Source: Prochlorococcus sp. AG-436-K22 (GTDB lineage: Bacteria > Cyanobacteriota > Cyanobacteriia > PCC-6307 > Cyanobiaceae). From it: a stretch of 64,000 nucleotides of DNA. Position 1 is the first letter of the stretch, and every line of letters begins with the position of its first letter. Location of the stretch: NCBI GenBank assembly GCA_003212555.1, contig QCPK01000003.1, positions 3,677-67,676 on the forward strand. The letters run 5' to 3'. The notes below the pieces were generated by a model. It did not search any database. It was given only the letters and a program-made list of their open reading frames with translations, and had not been told where the DNA came from. Shown piece after piece: positions 44,313 to 54,076 of the stretch. Both the position numbers and the translations under genes were made by a program.

Positions 44313-44657
44313 TCATAAATTAGGAGATAGGTTTGAAGGCTCTTTAGAACGCGGATGTTTGCTATACCACCACTCTTGCATGGGTGGCTGGAAACGACTT
44401 GAGAAAAAGGTCAAAATTGTATTAATAGGCTTCGATCCTGGCAGAAGAATATCAACAGAATAAGAAGGGCACCTCCTAGCAGCAATATCAGGCACGAAGC
44501 GTCTGCCGATTCTCCTCCAACTTGGTTCTTTACTCCTCCAAGCCAGCCGAGAACAAGGCCATGGGAGTTCATCTCTATCAAAAAGTCTGCAGCATGGTCC
44601 AACAACACGGTAACTAAAATGGCCTCCTTCACTTGGATGCACGCTTCCATGTTCCAT
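44313..44657 (-). CDS. Conserved picocyanobacterial hypothetical protein
   Basis: GPCCRLFDR.ELPWPC.RL.WRSKEPSWRRIGRRFV.D...RRCPSY; ATG at 44657. Confidence 0.75.
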   Translation of the reverse strand: MEHGSVHPSEGGHFSYRVVGPCCRLFDRDELPWPCSRLAWRSKEPSWRRIGRRFVPDIAARRCPSYSVDILLPGSKPINTILTFFSSRFQPPMQEWWYSKHPRSKEPSNLSPNL

Positions 44658-44721
44658 TAAGTGATCTTTTTTATTCTCAGCCAATAGTTCGGAGTTCACG
44701 AGTCAAAAAAAAATTTAGATC

Positions 44722-44751
44722 AAAAAAACAGCCACCCATTGAGGGTGGCTG
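44722..44751 (-). terminator. Intrinsic terminator of petF
   Basis: CAGCCACCC-loop-GGGTGGCTG followed by T7 on the minus strand. Confidence 0.8.
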
Positions 44752-44807
44752 ATTAAAGCTTTATTGGCAAGTATAAAAATAACTTTCTGATAGAAACAGA
44801 TGGTTTC

Positions 44808-45107
44808 TTAGTACAACTCTTCCTCTGCATGAGTTGTAATGCTCACATCAGAAGTTGGGTAAGCGACACAAGTAAGAACAAAGCCTGCTTCAAGTTGATC
44901 ATCATCCAAGAAGCTTTGATCTGATTGATCAACAGTACCTGAGGTTATTTTTCCTGCACATGTTGAGCAAGCACCCGCTCTACATGAGTACGGAAGGTCA
45001 ATGCCTTGCTCTTCAGCAGCATCAAGAATGTATTGATCATCTGGAACATCAATGGTCTGATTCAAACCCTCACTTTCGCTAACGAGGGTGACTTTATAGG
45101 AAGCCAT
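44808..45107 (-). CDS. petF: Plant-type [2Fe-2S] ferredoxin
   Basis: [15 protein letters not shown]...VLTCVAYP...EEELY. Confidence 0.97.
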   Translation of the reverse strand: MASYKVTLVSESEGLNQTIDVPDDQYILDAAEEQGIDLPYSCRAGACSTCAGKITSGTVDQSDQSFLDDDQLEAGFVLTCVAYPTSDVSITTHAEEELY

Positions 45108-45236
45108 GGGATATAAAGAGGGGGGACGTTTTGGAATTGGAGGTAAAAATTATCACCTCAAGATGAACCCTTTTTACACTGTATTGGGTCAAATGTGGCT
45201 TAAAATTGTTAGAAATAACAATCAAGCAATGTAAAA

Positions 45237-45271
45237 GCATAGATTCATAAGCTGAGCTTATGAATCTATGC
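45237..45271 (-). terminator. Perfect 17-bp inverted repeat (1-nt spacer) directly after prmA
   Basis: GCATAGATTCATAAGCT-G-AGCTTATGAATCTATGC, followed by TTTT on the minus strand. Confidence 0.65.
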
Positions 45272-45273
45272 GC

Positions 45274-46188
45274 TTAATCGATTGTTTTGCATAGGTGAAT
45301 TAACGACCAATTATCACGTTTATAGGAAGCTATAAGCTTCCAGTTCAATATAGAGAGAAAGCTTGTCATATCAATAACCTGCTCCTCTAAAAGACCGCTC
45401 AAGAGAATTTGACTTTCCTTAGAGGTCACATAATCAAAATGAGGAGAAAGTTCTTTGATAACAGGAGCCAGGATATTACAAACAAGCAAATCCACCTTGG
45501 ATCCATTTAATTGGGCTTTCAAAGAATCAATAGAACCTTGAGAAACTGACAATTGATCTTGGTGAAAGTTGTTCAATCGAGCATTTTCATAAGTTGCTTT
45601 TACGGCAAGAGAGTCAAGGTCAACTGCACTAACGTTTTTCGCACCCAATTTTAAAGCGGCTAATCCTAGTATTCCACTACCACAACCAACATCAGCAATT
45701 GTTTTTCCTAAAGGAGTAGTGCGCTCCAAGGCTTCTAAGCATAAACGAGTAGTGGGATGAGAACCTGTGCCAAATGCAGTTCCTGGATCCAATTTAATGA
45801 TAATTCGATTGGAATAAATCCTGGGCAGTGCAATCCAAGATGGCAAAATTAAAAAGTTTTTCCCGACTGGGTCGGGTTCCCAAAATTTTTTCCAACTCGT
45901 ACTCCAATCTTCATGCAATATTTGCTTCCATTTAAAATCTAAGCATTTTTTATCAAAAGCTTTTTCTAAACTCACTAAAGATTTAACAAGCTCTTCTCGA
46001 TCCTTCTCTAACCATTCATAAGAAGGTAACCAAACCATAAGAGTTTGCCTTTGTAAATTTTCTAGGGATCGATTAATTGCATAACTCTTGATACCCATAT
46101 CATCCAATCTCCATGTCAAACTTTCTTCAACCTCTTTGAAGAAAGATACGTCAAGTCTCCACCAAAAGAATTTCAAAGAATCATTCAC
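45274..46188 (-). CDS. prmA: Ribosomal protein L11 methyltransferase
   Basis: EDWSTSWK, LDPGTAFGTGSHPTT.LCL, DVGCGSGIL, CNILA, LSGLL. Confidence 0.95.
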   Translation of the reverse strand: MNDSLKFFWWRLDVSFFKEVEESLTWRLDDMGIKSYAINRSLENLQRQTLMVWLPSYEWLEKDREELVKSLVSLEKAFDKKCLDFKWKQILHEDWSTSWKKFWEPDPVGKNFLILPSWIALPRIYSNRIIIKLDPGTAFGTGSHPTTRLCLEALERTTPLGKTIADVGCGSGILGLAALKLGAKNVSAVDLDSLAVKATYENARLNNFHQDQLSVSQGSIDSLKAQLNGSKVDLLVCNILAPVIKELSPHFDYVTSKESQILLSGLLEEQVIDMTSFLSILNWKLIASYKRDNWSLIHLCKTID

Positions 46189-46210
46189 TTTAAAAGTATA
46201 AAATCGTAAC

Positions 46211-47797
46211 TCACAAGGTAATTGCGTGAGCTTGATTAATACCCTCTACAGAAAGGATTGAAGTCAATAATTGAGACGGGATTGGATCATCAATGCTTAA
46301 AACCATTACGGCCTCACCTCGTACTATTTTTCTGCCCACCTGCATTGCAGCAATATTGACATTATGCATCCCAAGCAATGATCCTAATTTCCCAATAATT
46401 CCTGGCATATCTCTATGCCTTGTGAAAAGCATGTATCTACTTGGAGAAACATTTATAGGAAATTGATCAATGCTAGAAATACGTAATGCCCCTTCAGCTA
46501 AAACTGTTCCTGCAAGACTATGAGAACCACCATCAGTAACTGCAGTTAGTTGAAGAGACCCTCCAGGGAAATCAGGGCTTGCTTCATCTTTTACTTCGTC
46601 AATACTTATACCACGACCTTTGGCTTCTAAAGAAGCATTTACATAGTTAATCCTGTCTCCCAGGGCACTAGATAGCAACCCTTTTAAAGTAGCGACTACT
46701 AAAGGTTGAGAAGGGTGATGAGCAAATTCTCCTTGAAGACGCACTTCTATTTTCTGGATCTGTCCTCCAGAAACCTGACTAAGTAATAACCCAAGTGTTT
46801 CTGCAAGTTGCAAATGAGGTTTTAAACTATCCATTATTTCAGCAGACAGTCCTGGAATATTGACAGCACTCCTTGCAGGAAGCCCTAATAGAACATCTCT
46901 AATTTGCTCTGCAACATCAAGAGCAACATTTTCTTGGGCTTCTTCAGTAGAAGCACCTAAATGAGGGGTAAGAATCAATCCGTCTTCTACATTTAAAAGA
47001 GGCGAGTTAGTATTTAATGGTTCCTGTGCATATACATCTAGAGCAGCACCAGTAATAACACCAGAGTTCAATGCTTCTGCAAGATCAGACTCATTAATTA
47101 TTCCGCCTCTAGCACAATTTACCAATCTTGCATTCTTTTTCATTGTTGATAATAGTTTTAGATCAACCAGATTCTCTGTTTCAGAAGTCCTAGGCAAATG
47201 CAGAGTTATGAAATCTGCCTCCTGAAAAAGATCTTCTATAGAGCCAAGACGAACCTGCATTTGGAGAGCCCTTTCTGAGGAAACAAAAGGGTCAAATGCC
47301 ATCACATCCATCCCCATTGCATTGGCAACTTTTGCAACATGAGAACCTATTTTTCCAAGACCCACTACGCCCAAAGTTTTCTTGTATAGCTCATTTCCAA
47401 CAAATTTTTTTCTATCCCAGCCACCTGAAATAGTACTTGCATGCGCCTTAGGTATATGCCTTGAAAGTGATAGAAGCAAAGCCAAAGCATGCTCGGCAGC
47501 AGCAATAGTATTTCCCCCTGGTGAATTGACAACTATCACTCCGCGCTTAGTAGCAGCTTTAACATCAACGTTGTCAACACCTACGCCTGCTCTCCCAATA
47601 ATGCGAAGCTTTTCTCCAGCTTCTATCACTTCAGATGTAACTTGAGTACCTGAACGAATCATCAAGGCGTCATAACCTCCTATGATCGCTTTAAGCTCAT
47701 CAGGTGAGAGCCCTATCTTCTCATCAACTTGAGAAACCTGACAAAGGATCTCAATACCTGATTGGTCAATAGTGTCTGAAACAAGAACTTTTGTCAT
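46211..47797 (-). CDS. serA: D-3-phosphoglycerate dehydrogenase
   Basis: RAGVGVDNVD, GLGKIG, NCARGG, TPHLGAST.EAQ and a C-terminal ACT domain. Confidence 0.97.
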   Translation of the reverse strand: MTKVLVSDTIDQSGIEILCQVSQVDEKIGLSPDELKAIIGGYDALMIRSGTQVTSEVIEAGEKLRIIGRAGVGVDNVDVKAATKRGVIVVNSPGGNTIAAAEHALALLLSLSRHIPKAHASTISGGWDRKKFVGNELYKKTLGVVGLGKIGSHVAKVANAMGMDVMAFDPFVSSERALQMQVRLGSIEDLFQEADFITLHLPRTSETENLVDLKLLSTMKKNARLVNCARGGIINESDLAEALNSGVITGAALDVYAQEPLNTNSPLLNVEDGLILTPHLGASTEEAQENVALDVAEQIRDVLLGLPARSAVNIPGLSAEIMDSLKPHLQLAETLGLLLSQVSGGQIQKIEVRLQGEFAHHPSQPLVVATLKGLLSSALGDRINYVNASLEAKGRGISIDEVKDEASPDFPGGSLQLTAVTDGGSHSLAGTVLAEGALRISSIDQFPINVSPSRYMLFTRHRDMPGIIGKLGSLLGMHNVNIAAMQVGRKIVRGEAVMVLSIDDPIPSQLLTSILSVEGINQAHAITL

Positions 47798-47882
47798 TTA
47801 AGGCGAAACTATGCCTAACTAAACTCTAATGAGCAAAATGTCTCTGATCAGTTTTCGATAAAACAGGTCAGAATTCAAACAA

Positions 47883-48461
47883 TTGAGGAGTGCTTTTTTG
47901 GCTATTTGCATACTGGTTCTAGAACAAGAGGAAACCGTCTTTGAATTATGGGAAACCATTAAAAATTTCCCAACTCAAATCATTAAATACCAAGTCATAG
48001 AACCAATTCCCAAGAGATCTAAAGATTCAATGAAATCCGAAAGACAAAACAAATCTGACATCTTTGAAATCGTCAAATTTGAAAATGTGGAATTATTGAA
48101 TCCCAAGCTGTCTAGGAAAGAACGACAAAAGCAAATGGCCTTATGGCTAATGCCTTTTGGTTTTATAGCTGGCTTAACTTTTGCAGGCATGACCAATCTC
48201 CAAACTTTTTCCAAGTTTGGTTTTAGTCAATCAGGCGAAACGGTCATAGGTGGTCTTCTAGGCATGACATCAGGATGGATAGGTAGTTTCTTTGGAGCAA
48301 GGAGTGTAAATTCATCTCAAGAAGATATAAAAAGCCTTCTAAAATTTAACGAGAGGGGATTATGGCTAGTTCTTATGGAAACGCCCTATGAGACTGAACT
48401 TCCCTGGAAATTAATTCGAGAAATCAAGCCATTAGAAATAATTAATTTAAATTTAGATTGA
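47883..48461 (+). CDS. Conserved hypothetical membrane protein
   Basis: WLMPFGFIAGLTF and GGLLG..SGWIGSF TM segments; overlaps the next gene start; start uncertain. Confidence 0.75.
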   Translation: MRSAFLAICILVLEQEETVFELWETIKNFPTQIIKYQVIEPIPKRSKDSMKSERQNKSDIFEIVKFENVELLNPKLSRKERQKQMALWLMPFGFIAGLTFAGMTNLQTFSKFGFSQSGETVIGGLLGMTSGWIGSFFGARSVNSSQEDIKSLLKFNERGLWLVLMETPYETELPWKLIREIKPLEIINLNLD

Positions 48462-49246
48462 AACTCTCTAGAAGAAAGCTTCTTAAAGGCTGCATTTATC
48501 CAATTGAAGCGAATCAAATTTTAATCCAAGTAGAAGAAGTTCTTAAAACATGGGAACCTATTTGGACTCCATTTGTTTCCGCTCCAATCCGCGAAGAGAT
48601 AATCAGAATCTTGCAGGGGGTTACAGACATAAGTTGCTCCTCAAATGGTGGTTATCAAAATGCCGAGCGACAGAGAATTCTTATCCAGAGAACTGATCGA
48701 GAAGAAAGTCTAAATCAAGCCATCATTCCTTTTAAGGGTATTCAAATACAAGGAAACTTTTTATTCGATAGAACTGAACCTCAAGATTTTTGGAAAGCCT
48801 TAATACAAACTGGTCTCCAGCAAGATGAAATTGGAGACATATGGATCACTGGAGACAAAGGCGCAAATGCTATTTGCACGCCCGAAGCTTCAAAGTTTCT
48901 TGAAGATCAACAAGGCTTGATTAGGGATGTAAAAATCATATATAAATCACTTGAACCAGCTGAGCTTTACCTCCCCCAACAAAGGAGCCCTAGAAAAATA
49001 AGAACAGTAGAAGCTTCTAGAAGAATAGATGCTATTAGTTCGGCAGGATTTGGATTATCAAGGTCAAAGGTAATCAACCAAATCAAGCAAGGTAAATTGA
49101 GGTTAAATTGGCACACAACAAATAATGCTAGTCGCTCACTTTCAATAGGGGACCGACTGCAGTTAGAAGGCAAAGGAAGCTTAGAAGTAATTAATATTGA
49201 ACTCACCAAGAGAGGTCGATGGAGAGTTGAATTACTAAAAAAATGA
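48458..49246 (+). CDS. YlmH/Sll1252-family S4-domain RNA-binding protein
   Basis: GGY.NAERQR, GNFLFD, EASRRIDAI.SAGFGLSRSK...LNW. Confidence 0.9.
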   Translation: MKLSRRKLLKGCIYPIEANQILIQVEEVLKTWEPIWTPFVSAPIREEIIRILQGVTDISCSSNGGYQNAERQRILIQRTDREESLNQAIIPFKGIQIQGNFLFDRTEPQDFWKALIQTGLQQDEIGDIWITGDKGANAICTPEASKFLEDQQGLIRDVKIIYKSLEPAELYLPQQRSPRKIRTVEASRRIDAISSAGFGLSRSKVINQIKQGKLRLNWHTTNNASRSLSIGDRLQLEGKGSLEVINIELTKRGRWRVELLKK

Positions 49247-49321
49247 AATTGCTTAAGTATTTACTGCTAACTTGTTCAAACAAGAGCCTAAAGTAAAACC
49301 AACATTCAAATGGTTTTCTCC

Positions 49322-49393
49322 GGGCGATTAGCTCAGAGGTAGAGCACTACCTTGACACGGTAGGAGTCACTGGTTCGATTCCAGTATCGCCCA
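49322..49393 (+). tRNA. tRNA-Val (GAC)
   Basis: GGGCGATTAGCTCAGAGGTAGAGCACTACCTTGACACGGTAGGAGTCACTGGTTCGATTCCAGTATCGCCCA. Confidence 0.97.
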
Positions 49394-49399
49394 TTAAAT

Positions 49400-50800
49400 G
49401 TGAAAGAACTTTCTCATACCAACCAAATAGTCATTGTTATTGGACTGGGTAGTTCAGGAATTGGTGCTGCAAGATTTCTGAACTATAACCACAAAAATGT
49501 AATCGTCTTTGAAAAGTCTAAAGAAGAGTCCTTTAAAGAGATCACTAAAACCTTAAGAGCCGAAGGGATTCGAATTGAGTTTAACAAGCCTTTAATATTT
49601 GCAAGCTTTAAATCCTACTTAAGCAATCTTTCGGCAATTGTAATCAGCCCAGGTATACCTTGGGATCACAAAACTATTAATCAGTTACGAGAAAAAAAGA
49701 TAACAGTAACATCTGAAGTTGCACTCGCTTGGGAAAAATTACACTCAATTCCTTGGGTAGGAATAACAGGAACAAATGGTAAAACTACCGTAACAAGAAT
49801 GCTTGATCATGTGATAAACAAAAGTGGATTAACCTCTAATATTGGAGCAAATGTAGGCAAGCCTGCCACTGAACTTGCTTTAGCATTTCAAAAAGATCCG
49901 GGGAAAAAGCCTCAATGGTTAACAATGGAGTTAAGTAGCTATCAAATAGAAAGTGCTCCAAAAGTATCTCCAAAAATAGGTATTTGGACAACTCTCACAC
50001 CAGATCATCTAGAGAGACATGGTTCAATGGAAAATTATATAAATATCAAACGTGGACTTCTGGAGAAATCTTCAATGCGTATTTATAACGCTGATGATAA
50101 ATATTTAGCAAAGCATCGTGAAGATCTACCAGATGGGAAATGGGTAAGCACAAAAGGATCAGGATCTTTTCCTTTCACTAACGACTTATGGTTATCATCA
50201 GAAGGGGTTTTGATGGAAAATGATAGAGTATTATTTAATTCAAATATTTTAGATTTAAGAGGAAATCACAATCTACAAAATTTACTCTTAGTCACAGCAG
50301 CGGCAAGAGAAATTGGTCTTTCAAAGGAACAAATAAGGCATGGGATCAAAACTTTCAAAGCTATACCCCATAGACTTGAGAGAGTTTATAATGATAAGAA
50401 ACTGGAAATATTAAATGATAGCAAGGCAACAAACTTTGATTCAGCTAATATAGGATTAAAGTCAACTTCAAAGCCGACAATACTTATCGCTGGTGGAAGA
50501 CTAAAGAAAGGTAATGCAACTGCTTGGTTAACGAGTATCAAAAAAAGAGCATCTGCAGTAATTCTATTCGGAGAAAGTAGAATGCAGTTAAAGTCTCTCA
50601 TAGAGAGAAGCGGTTTTAATGGAGAAATACATTGTTATATTTCACTCAATCTAGCTGTCTCTAAAGCAATTAAAGTCTCTCAAAACTTGAATGCAAAGAG
50701 TATATTATTTTCTCCTGCTTGTGCAAGTTTTGATTTATATAAAAATTTCGAAGAGAGAGGGAATCACTTCAGAGATTTAATAAAAGAGGCTATTAATTAG
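49400..50800 (+). CDS. murD: UDP-N-acetylmuramoyl-L-alanine--D-glutamate ligase
   Basis: GLGSSG, SPGIP, ITGTNGKTT, ELSSYQ, PDHLERH, NDSKATN, SPACASFD.Y.NFEERG. Confidence 0.96.
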   Translation: MKELSHTNQIVIVIGLGSSGIGAARFLNYNHKNVIVFEKSKEESFKEITKTLRAEGIRIEFNKPLIFASFKSYLSNLSAIVISPGIPWDHKTINQLREKKITVTSEVALAWEKLHSIPWVGITGTNGKTTVTRMLDHVINKSGLTSNIGANVGKPATELALAFQKDPGKKPQWLTMELSSYQIESAPKVSPKIGIWTTLTPDHLERHGSMENYINIKRGLLEKSSMRIYNADDKYLAKHREDLPDGKWVSTKGSGSFPFTNDLWLSSEGVLMENDRVLFNSNILDLRGNHNLQNLLLVTAAAREIGLSKEQIRHGIKTFKAIPHRLERVYNDKKLEILNDSKATNFDSANIGLKSTSKPTILIAGGRLKKGNATAWLTSIKKRASAVILFGESRMQLKSLIERSGFNGEIHCYISLNLAVSKAIKVSQNLNAKSILFSPACASFDLYKNFEERGNHFRDLIKEAIN

Positions 50801-50866
50801 TGGGCGGTGATCACTCCAATCCGCTAGTACCATTTTAAATACTTAAAAGTTATATTCAAACGAGAA

Positions 50867-51193
50867 ATGGCATTTATCGTGCAAGAGATTCCTCCAGTCC
50901 CCGAATCTATAAGCCACAAAAAGCTGAGAAAGCTTTTTTCTCATGCAAATAAAGGCTTGAATGGGACAGCTGATAACTACAACCCATCCGAAGAAGGAAA
51001 AGAAAGAATTGATAAATTATTGTTCACTTGGGCAACTGCAAGCAAGGAACTATTAGAAGGACTCAGAGAGGAAAACTCCTCCCTCTCTGAGATTAAAGGA
51101 GCACACTCTTTACTTGCACTTGGAGCTATGGAAGCTCATATCAACATGGCATTGCAGGCATTGAAAGCATCGGGAAAAGATGATAAGCCCTAA
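50867..51193 (+). CDS. Hypothetical helical protein
   Basis: 108-aa ATG ORF; LLALGAMEAHINMALQAL. Confidence 0.75.
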   Translation: MAFIVQEIPPVPESISHKKLRKLFSHANKGLNGTADNYNPSEEGKERIDKLLFTWATASKELLEGLREENSSLSEIKGAHSLLALGAMEAHINMALQALKASGKDDKP

Positions 51194-51221
51194 AGTAGAG
51201 GTTTAAAAAAGAACCAAAAGG

Positions 51222-51623
51222 CTATATTTCTTCCATTAATTGCAGATATAAATCATCTACTCTTTTCTGGTTAACACCAAGATCACTTAATCCTATTCTG
51301 GAAGCCGATCTAACTTGAATTATATTTCTTGAATCAATCCTAAGTATTTCCAGGTCATCTGGGAACCTAAAAATTAAGCTTCTAACTATTCCATGCCAAT
51401 AGTTCTGACTACTTTCGACTTCATTTACTCTTGGTAAAGAAGAAGCAATAGATACAAGTCCTTTATAGGCATTTTTTAAATTTGGGAAAGACCACTCAAC
51501 AAGAACACAATTAGATGGAAGCAAGCATCCCGAAAGATTGCCAGAACTATTTAAAGCCATCCCAGGTTTAACTGCTATTAATACCAGTATAATCAATTGA
51601 GAGAACGCAATGATCAACTTCAT
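51222..51623 (-). CDS. DUF1499 family protein
   Basis: C..PSNCV, S.IFRFPDDLE, VRSASRIG.SDLGVNQKR. Confidence 0.88.
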   Translation of the reverse strand: MKLIIAFSQLIILVLIAVKPGMALNSSGNLSGCLLPSNCVLVEWSFPNLKNAYKGLVSIASSLPRVNEVESSQNYWHGIVRSLIFRFPDDLEILRIDSRNIIQVRSASRIGLSDLGVNQKRVDDLYLQLMEEI

Positions 51624-51672
51624 ATAAAAGGGTTTATCTTTAGACTTACATTATCTTTTAAAAAATTCTTGG

Positions 51673-51701
51673 TTGACAAATTTCACACTATTAAGTATAA
51701 G
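51673..51701 (+). promoter_or_regulatory. Near-consensus sigma70 promoter
   Basis: TTGACA (51673-78), 17-bp spacer, TATAAG (51696-701); predicted +1 at about 51708. Confidence 0.6.
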
Positions 51702-51707
51702 AGTATT

Positions 51708-51890
51708 ATGAGTAATATAAAAAAAAGGCCTGCTAAAAGGCTTATCCATCAAATTAATTTTGAAGAAATAGATCACAGGCTTTCATGTGGTTGGCACGTA
51801 GAAGTTGAGGAAAGTGGTCAAAGAAAAAGGTACTTAACACAGATAAAAAGTCCCCCTCAAGTCGAATCTGAGGAGAAAGTTTCAACTTAG
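51708..51890 (+). CDS. Small hypothetical protein (60 aa), probably leaderless
   Basis: ATG at 51708: MSNIKKRPAKRLIHQINFEEIDHRLSCGWHVEVEE...; the track's longer version overlaps the DUF1499 gene. Confidence 0.6.
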   Translation: MSNIKKRPAKRLIHQINFEEIDHRLSCGWHVEVEESGQRKRYLTQIKSPPQVESEEKVST

Positions 51891-52084
51891 CTGCCACTAA
51901 GAACAGATCCAGGGAAAGAAAACTATAAAGAATTCACATTCATTCCATACGAAGCTTAATAAAAAGAACTTATACTAAAAAGCCATTAACATTGTTTTTG
52001 GTATTAAAGAAGCATTTAATCTCTATGGAGAATATTTCATGAGAACAAATCTTTTCTCAAATATTGTCTACATATTTAATTCCC

Positions 52085-52258
52085 ATGGACCCATTTGATC
52101 CTGCTATTCATTATGGCCCCAATGATGCTGGAGTATCGGCATTCTCAATAGCACTTGTGGCAATAGGCCTTTTAGTAGGTTCATGGGCATTTGGTGCACT
52201 ATATGGTCTAATTATTAATTCAATAAAAGGAGATAAGAAAAACGACGACTTAAACTAA
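52085..52258 (+). CDS. Small single-pass membrane protein
   Basis: ATG at 52085 (MDPFDPAIHYGP...); one long TM helix. Confidence 0.65.
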   Translation: MDPFDPAIHYGPNDAGVSAFSIALVAIGLLVGSWAFGALYGLIINSIKGDKKNDDLN

Positions 52259-52346
52259 TAAAACAATTTTTATAGGTTATTCCTGGAAACAGCTTTCCAA
52301 GATGGCTAGCTAACTCTTTTTTGTTTCCTAAGTAAATGAAAAGAGT

Positions 52347-52499
52347 TTAATCTAAGTTAGATTTAAGATGCACTTCAATGCACCTTGTAAAGCAATCACT
52401 GCCTTCTGCATCAATACCGCAAGAAGTAATGCACTCAAAATATGAGTCTAATGAGTCACTTTCATCCCCAAGAGCAATCTGATCATTAAAGGCAGGCAT
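52347..52499 (-). CDS. 50-aa twin-CX3C microprotein (not in ORF track)
   Basis: Hand translation: MPAFNDQIALGDESDSLDSYFECITSCGIDAEGSDCFTRCIEVHLKSNLD. Confidence 0.75.
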   Translation of the reverse strand: MPAFNDQIALGDESDSLDSYFECITSCGIDAEGSDCFTRCIEVHLKSNLD

Positions 52500-52786
52500 T
52501 CTTTAAATTTTTCAAGAAACATATGACTTAGTTTTAGCATGAAAAAAGCTTGAGCAAGCAGCATAGTTAACAAGAATAAAGTACCTAAGTAATAATCACT
52601 AGAAAGGACTTGGGGTTCTTGTTCTTCTTAGCCTTGCCTTTCTATTACTCAAGTTTCTCTTGATAAAAAATAATCAAACTAAAATTTAAGTAAATAACAT
52701 TTCAAAAATATTTACTTCATTAGTCTAAAAACTTCTTAGAATTACAATCCTGAGTATAATTTAGCTAGCAAAGATCAAACAAGTTT

Positions 52787-53434
52787 CTAATTGTTAGTGG
52801 CCAAAACAGAGAAAAAAGGATCGCCTTTTAATCCTAAAAATGATAAAGCCCCTGATTTATAAGTTGCCTCAGAAATAAGCTCAGGTTCTGGCCATCCTTG
52901 CGAAATCAGGACATCCTTTACATAATTCAAATGGTCAAGGTCAGAGCCCTCAGCCCAAATTCTAGGCGCCTTTGTCCAAAAAGCCCTATTAGAGAATGAA
53001 ATCAGAAGCTGCCCTCCTGTTCTGATAATACGTTTAAGTTCTGCTGCTACATTCTCTGGATATTGTAGGTACTGCCAAGCAGCAACCATCAAACAAGCAT
53101 CAATAGATGAATCTTCTAAAGGTAAATTTTGATTCTTGTTCAAATCCTGCACCCAGTGGGCATCTAAACGTTGATTTTTCTCTAACTCAGCAGAATTCAT
53201 CCCATGACCAATTACTCTTCTATAACTGATCTCCTCAGGAAGATGACTAATCCAGCTAGACATCAAGTCAAGTACTATTAAATCTTTAGTTAATCTATCT
53301 CGATAAAGCTGCGTCAATCTATCTCGAAAAGCATCATCTAAATGATAAACAAATCTAGGTTGAGAGTAGAATATCAAATCATCAGCATTATCTTCTTTAC
53401 TCCTTTGATAAGTATTTAGGAGGGTAGTAGTCAT
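52787..53434 (-). CDS. SAM-dependent methyltransferase (type 11-like)
   Basis: FY..PRFV.HLD, LDLMSSWISHLP, GHGMN..EL..N, QYLQYP, SFSNRAF.TKA. Confidence 0.88.
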   Translation of the reverse strand: MTTTLLNTYQRSKEDNADDLIFYSQPRFVYHLDDAFRDRLTQLYRDRLTKDLIVLDLMSSWISHLPEEISYRRVIGHGMNSAELEKNQRLDAHWVQDLNKNQNLPLEDSSIDACLMVAAWQYLQYPENVAAELKRIIRTGGQLLISFSNRAFWTKAPRIWAEGSDLDHLNYVKDVLISQGWPEPELISEATYKSGALSFLGLKGDPFFSVLATNN

Positions 53435-53545
53435 GGATTTTATTTAAAGTGCAAAGCCTAAAATAATAATAAGCCTGGGTTCACAAGTAAGCATTCCTAA
53501 GAGTTATATATAATGCTAAGCAAAGGTGTAGAAAATCTTTAATAG

Positions 53546-54040
53546 TCAAATCAAGGAACCTACTTTTTGTCGTAAAGAATGAATTATAAAACCAGTAACC
53601 TCATAAGAGTGATTCTTTCTTCGCTTAACAATTATTCCATATGGATTGGTAAAGATTATAAATAATATACTTAAGAATCTAACAAAATTTGTTTTAGGTG
53701 GTCGCCCCAAAGTATCAATTTTAGATAGTTCTTCTATAATTTCCTCCTGATAAATCCCCTCTTTTAAAAAAAGTTCAAGGATTTTAGTTCTATGAGAAGC
53801 CGTAATTGTGCTTAACAAAACTTTCATTCCCCTAATTGAATCTAAATCCCCATTAATAATCTGACGAGAAATAGCCTGAAACAAATTCTCCCATTTATAA
53901 GGCTCTTTCTCGAATAAGTAAACCGCTTTACTGTCCCTATTTGCTATAAGAAGCCTATTTTTCTCATCTTCATCGGTCTGATTTGAAAGCCAATAAGCAT
54001 ATAGAGGTGAGATTTTCTTTAGGTTCGACAAATTCATCAA
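53546..54040 (-). CDS. Hypothetical protein
   Basis: 164-aa ORF with EPYKWENLFQ motif and a C-terminal hydrophobic stretch. Confidence 0.7.
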   Translation of the reverse strand: MMNLSNLKKISPLYAYWLSNQTDEDEKNRLLIANRDSKAVYLFEKEPYKWENLFQAISRQIINGDLDSIRGMKVLLSTITASHRTKILELFLKEGIYQEEIIEELSKIDTLGRPPKTNFVRFLSILFIIFTNPYGIIVKRRKNHSYEVTGFIIHSLRQKVGSLI

Positions 54041-54076
54041 GAAAGCTTCGCCAACTAAACAAATCCCTATATTACA

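Noticed and set aside
50798-50830. TGGGCGGTG after murD as a possible att copy of the tRNA-Val 3' end
   Set aside because: Only about 6 nt match and in inverted orientation; better explained as a weak GCGG/CCGC hairpin
52284-52330. GGAAACA and its complement TGTTTCC, suggesting a Yfr2-family sRNA
   Set aside because: Only one GGAAACA per strand and no Yfr2-like 5' motif; insufficient evidence
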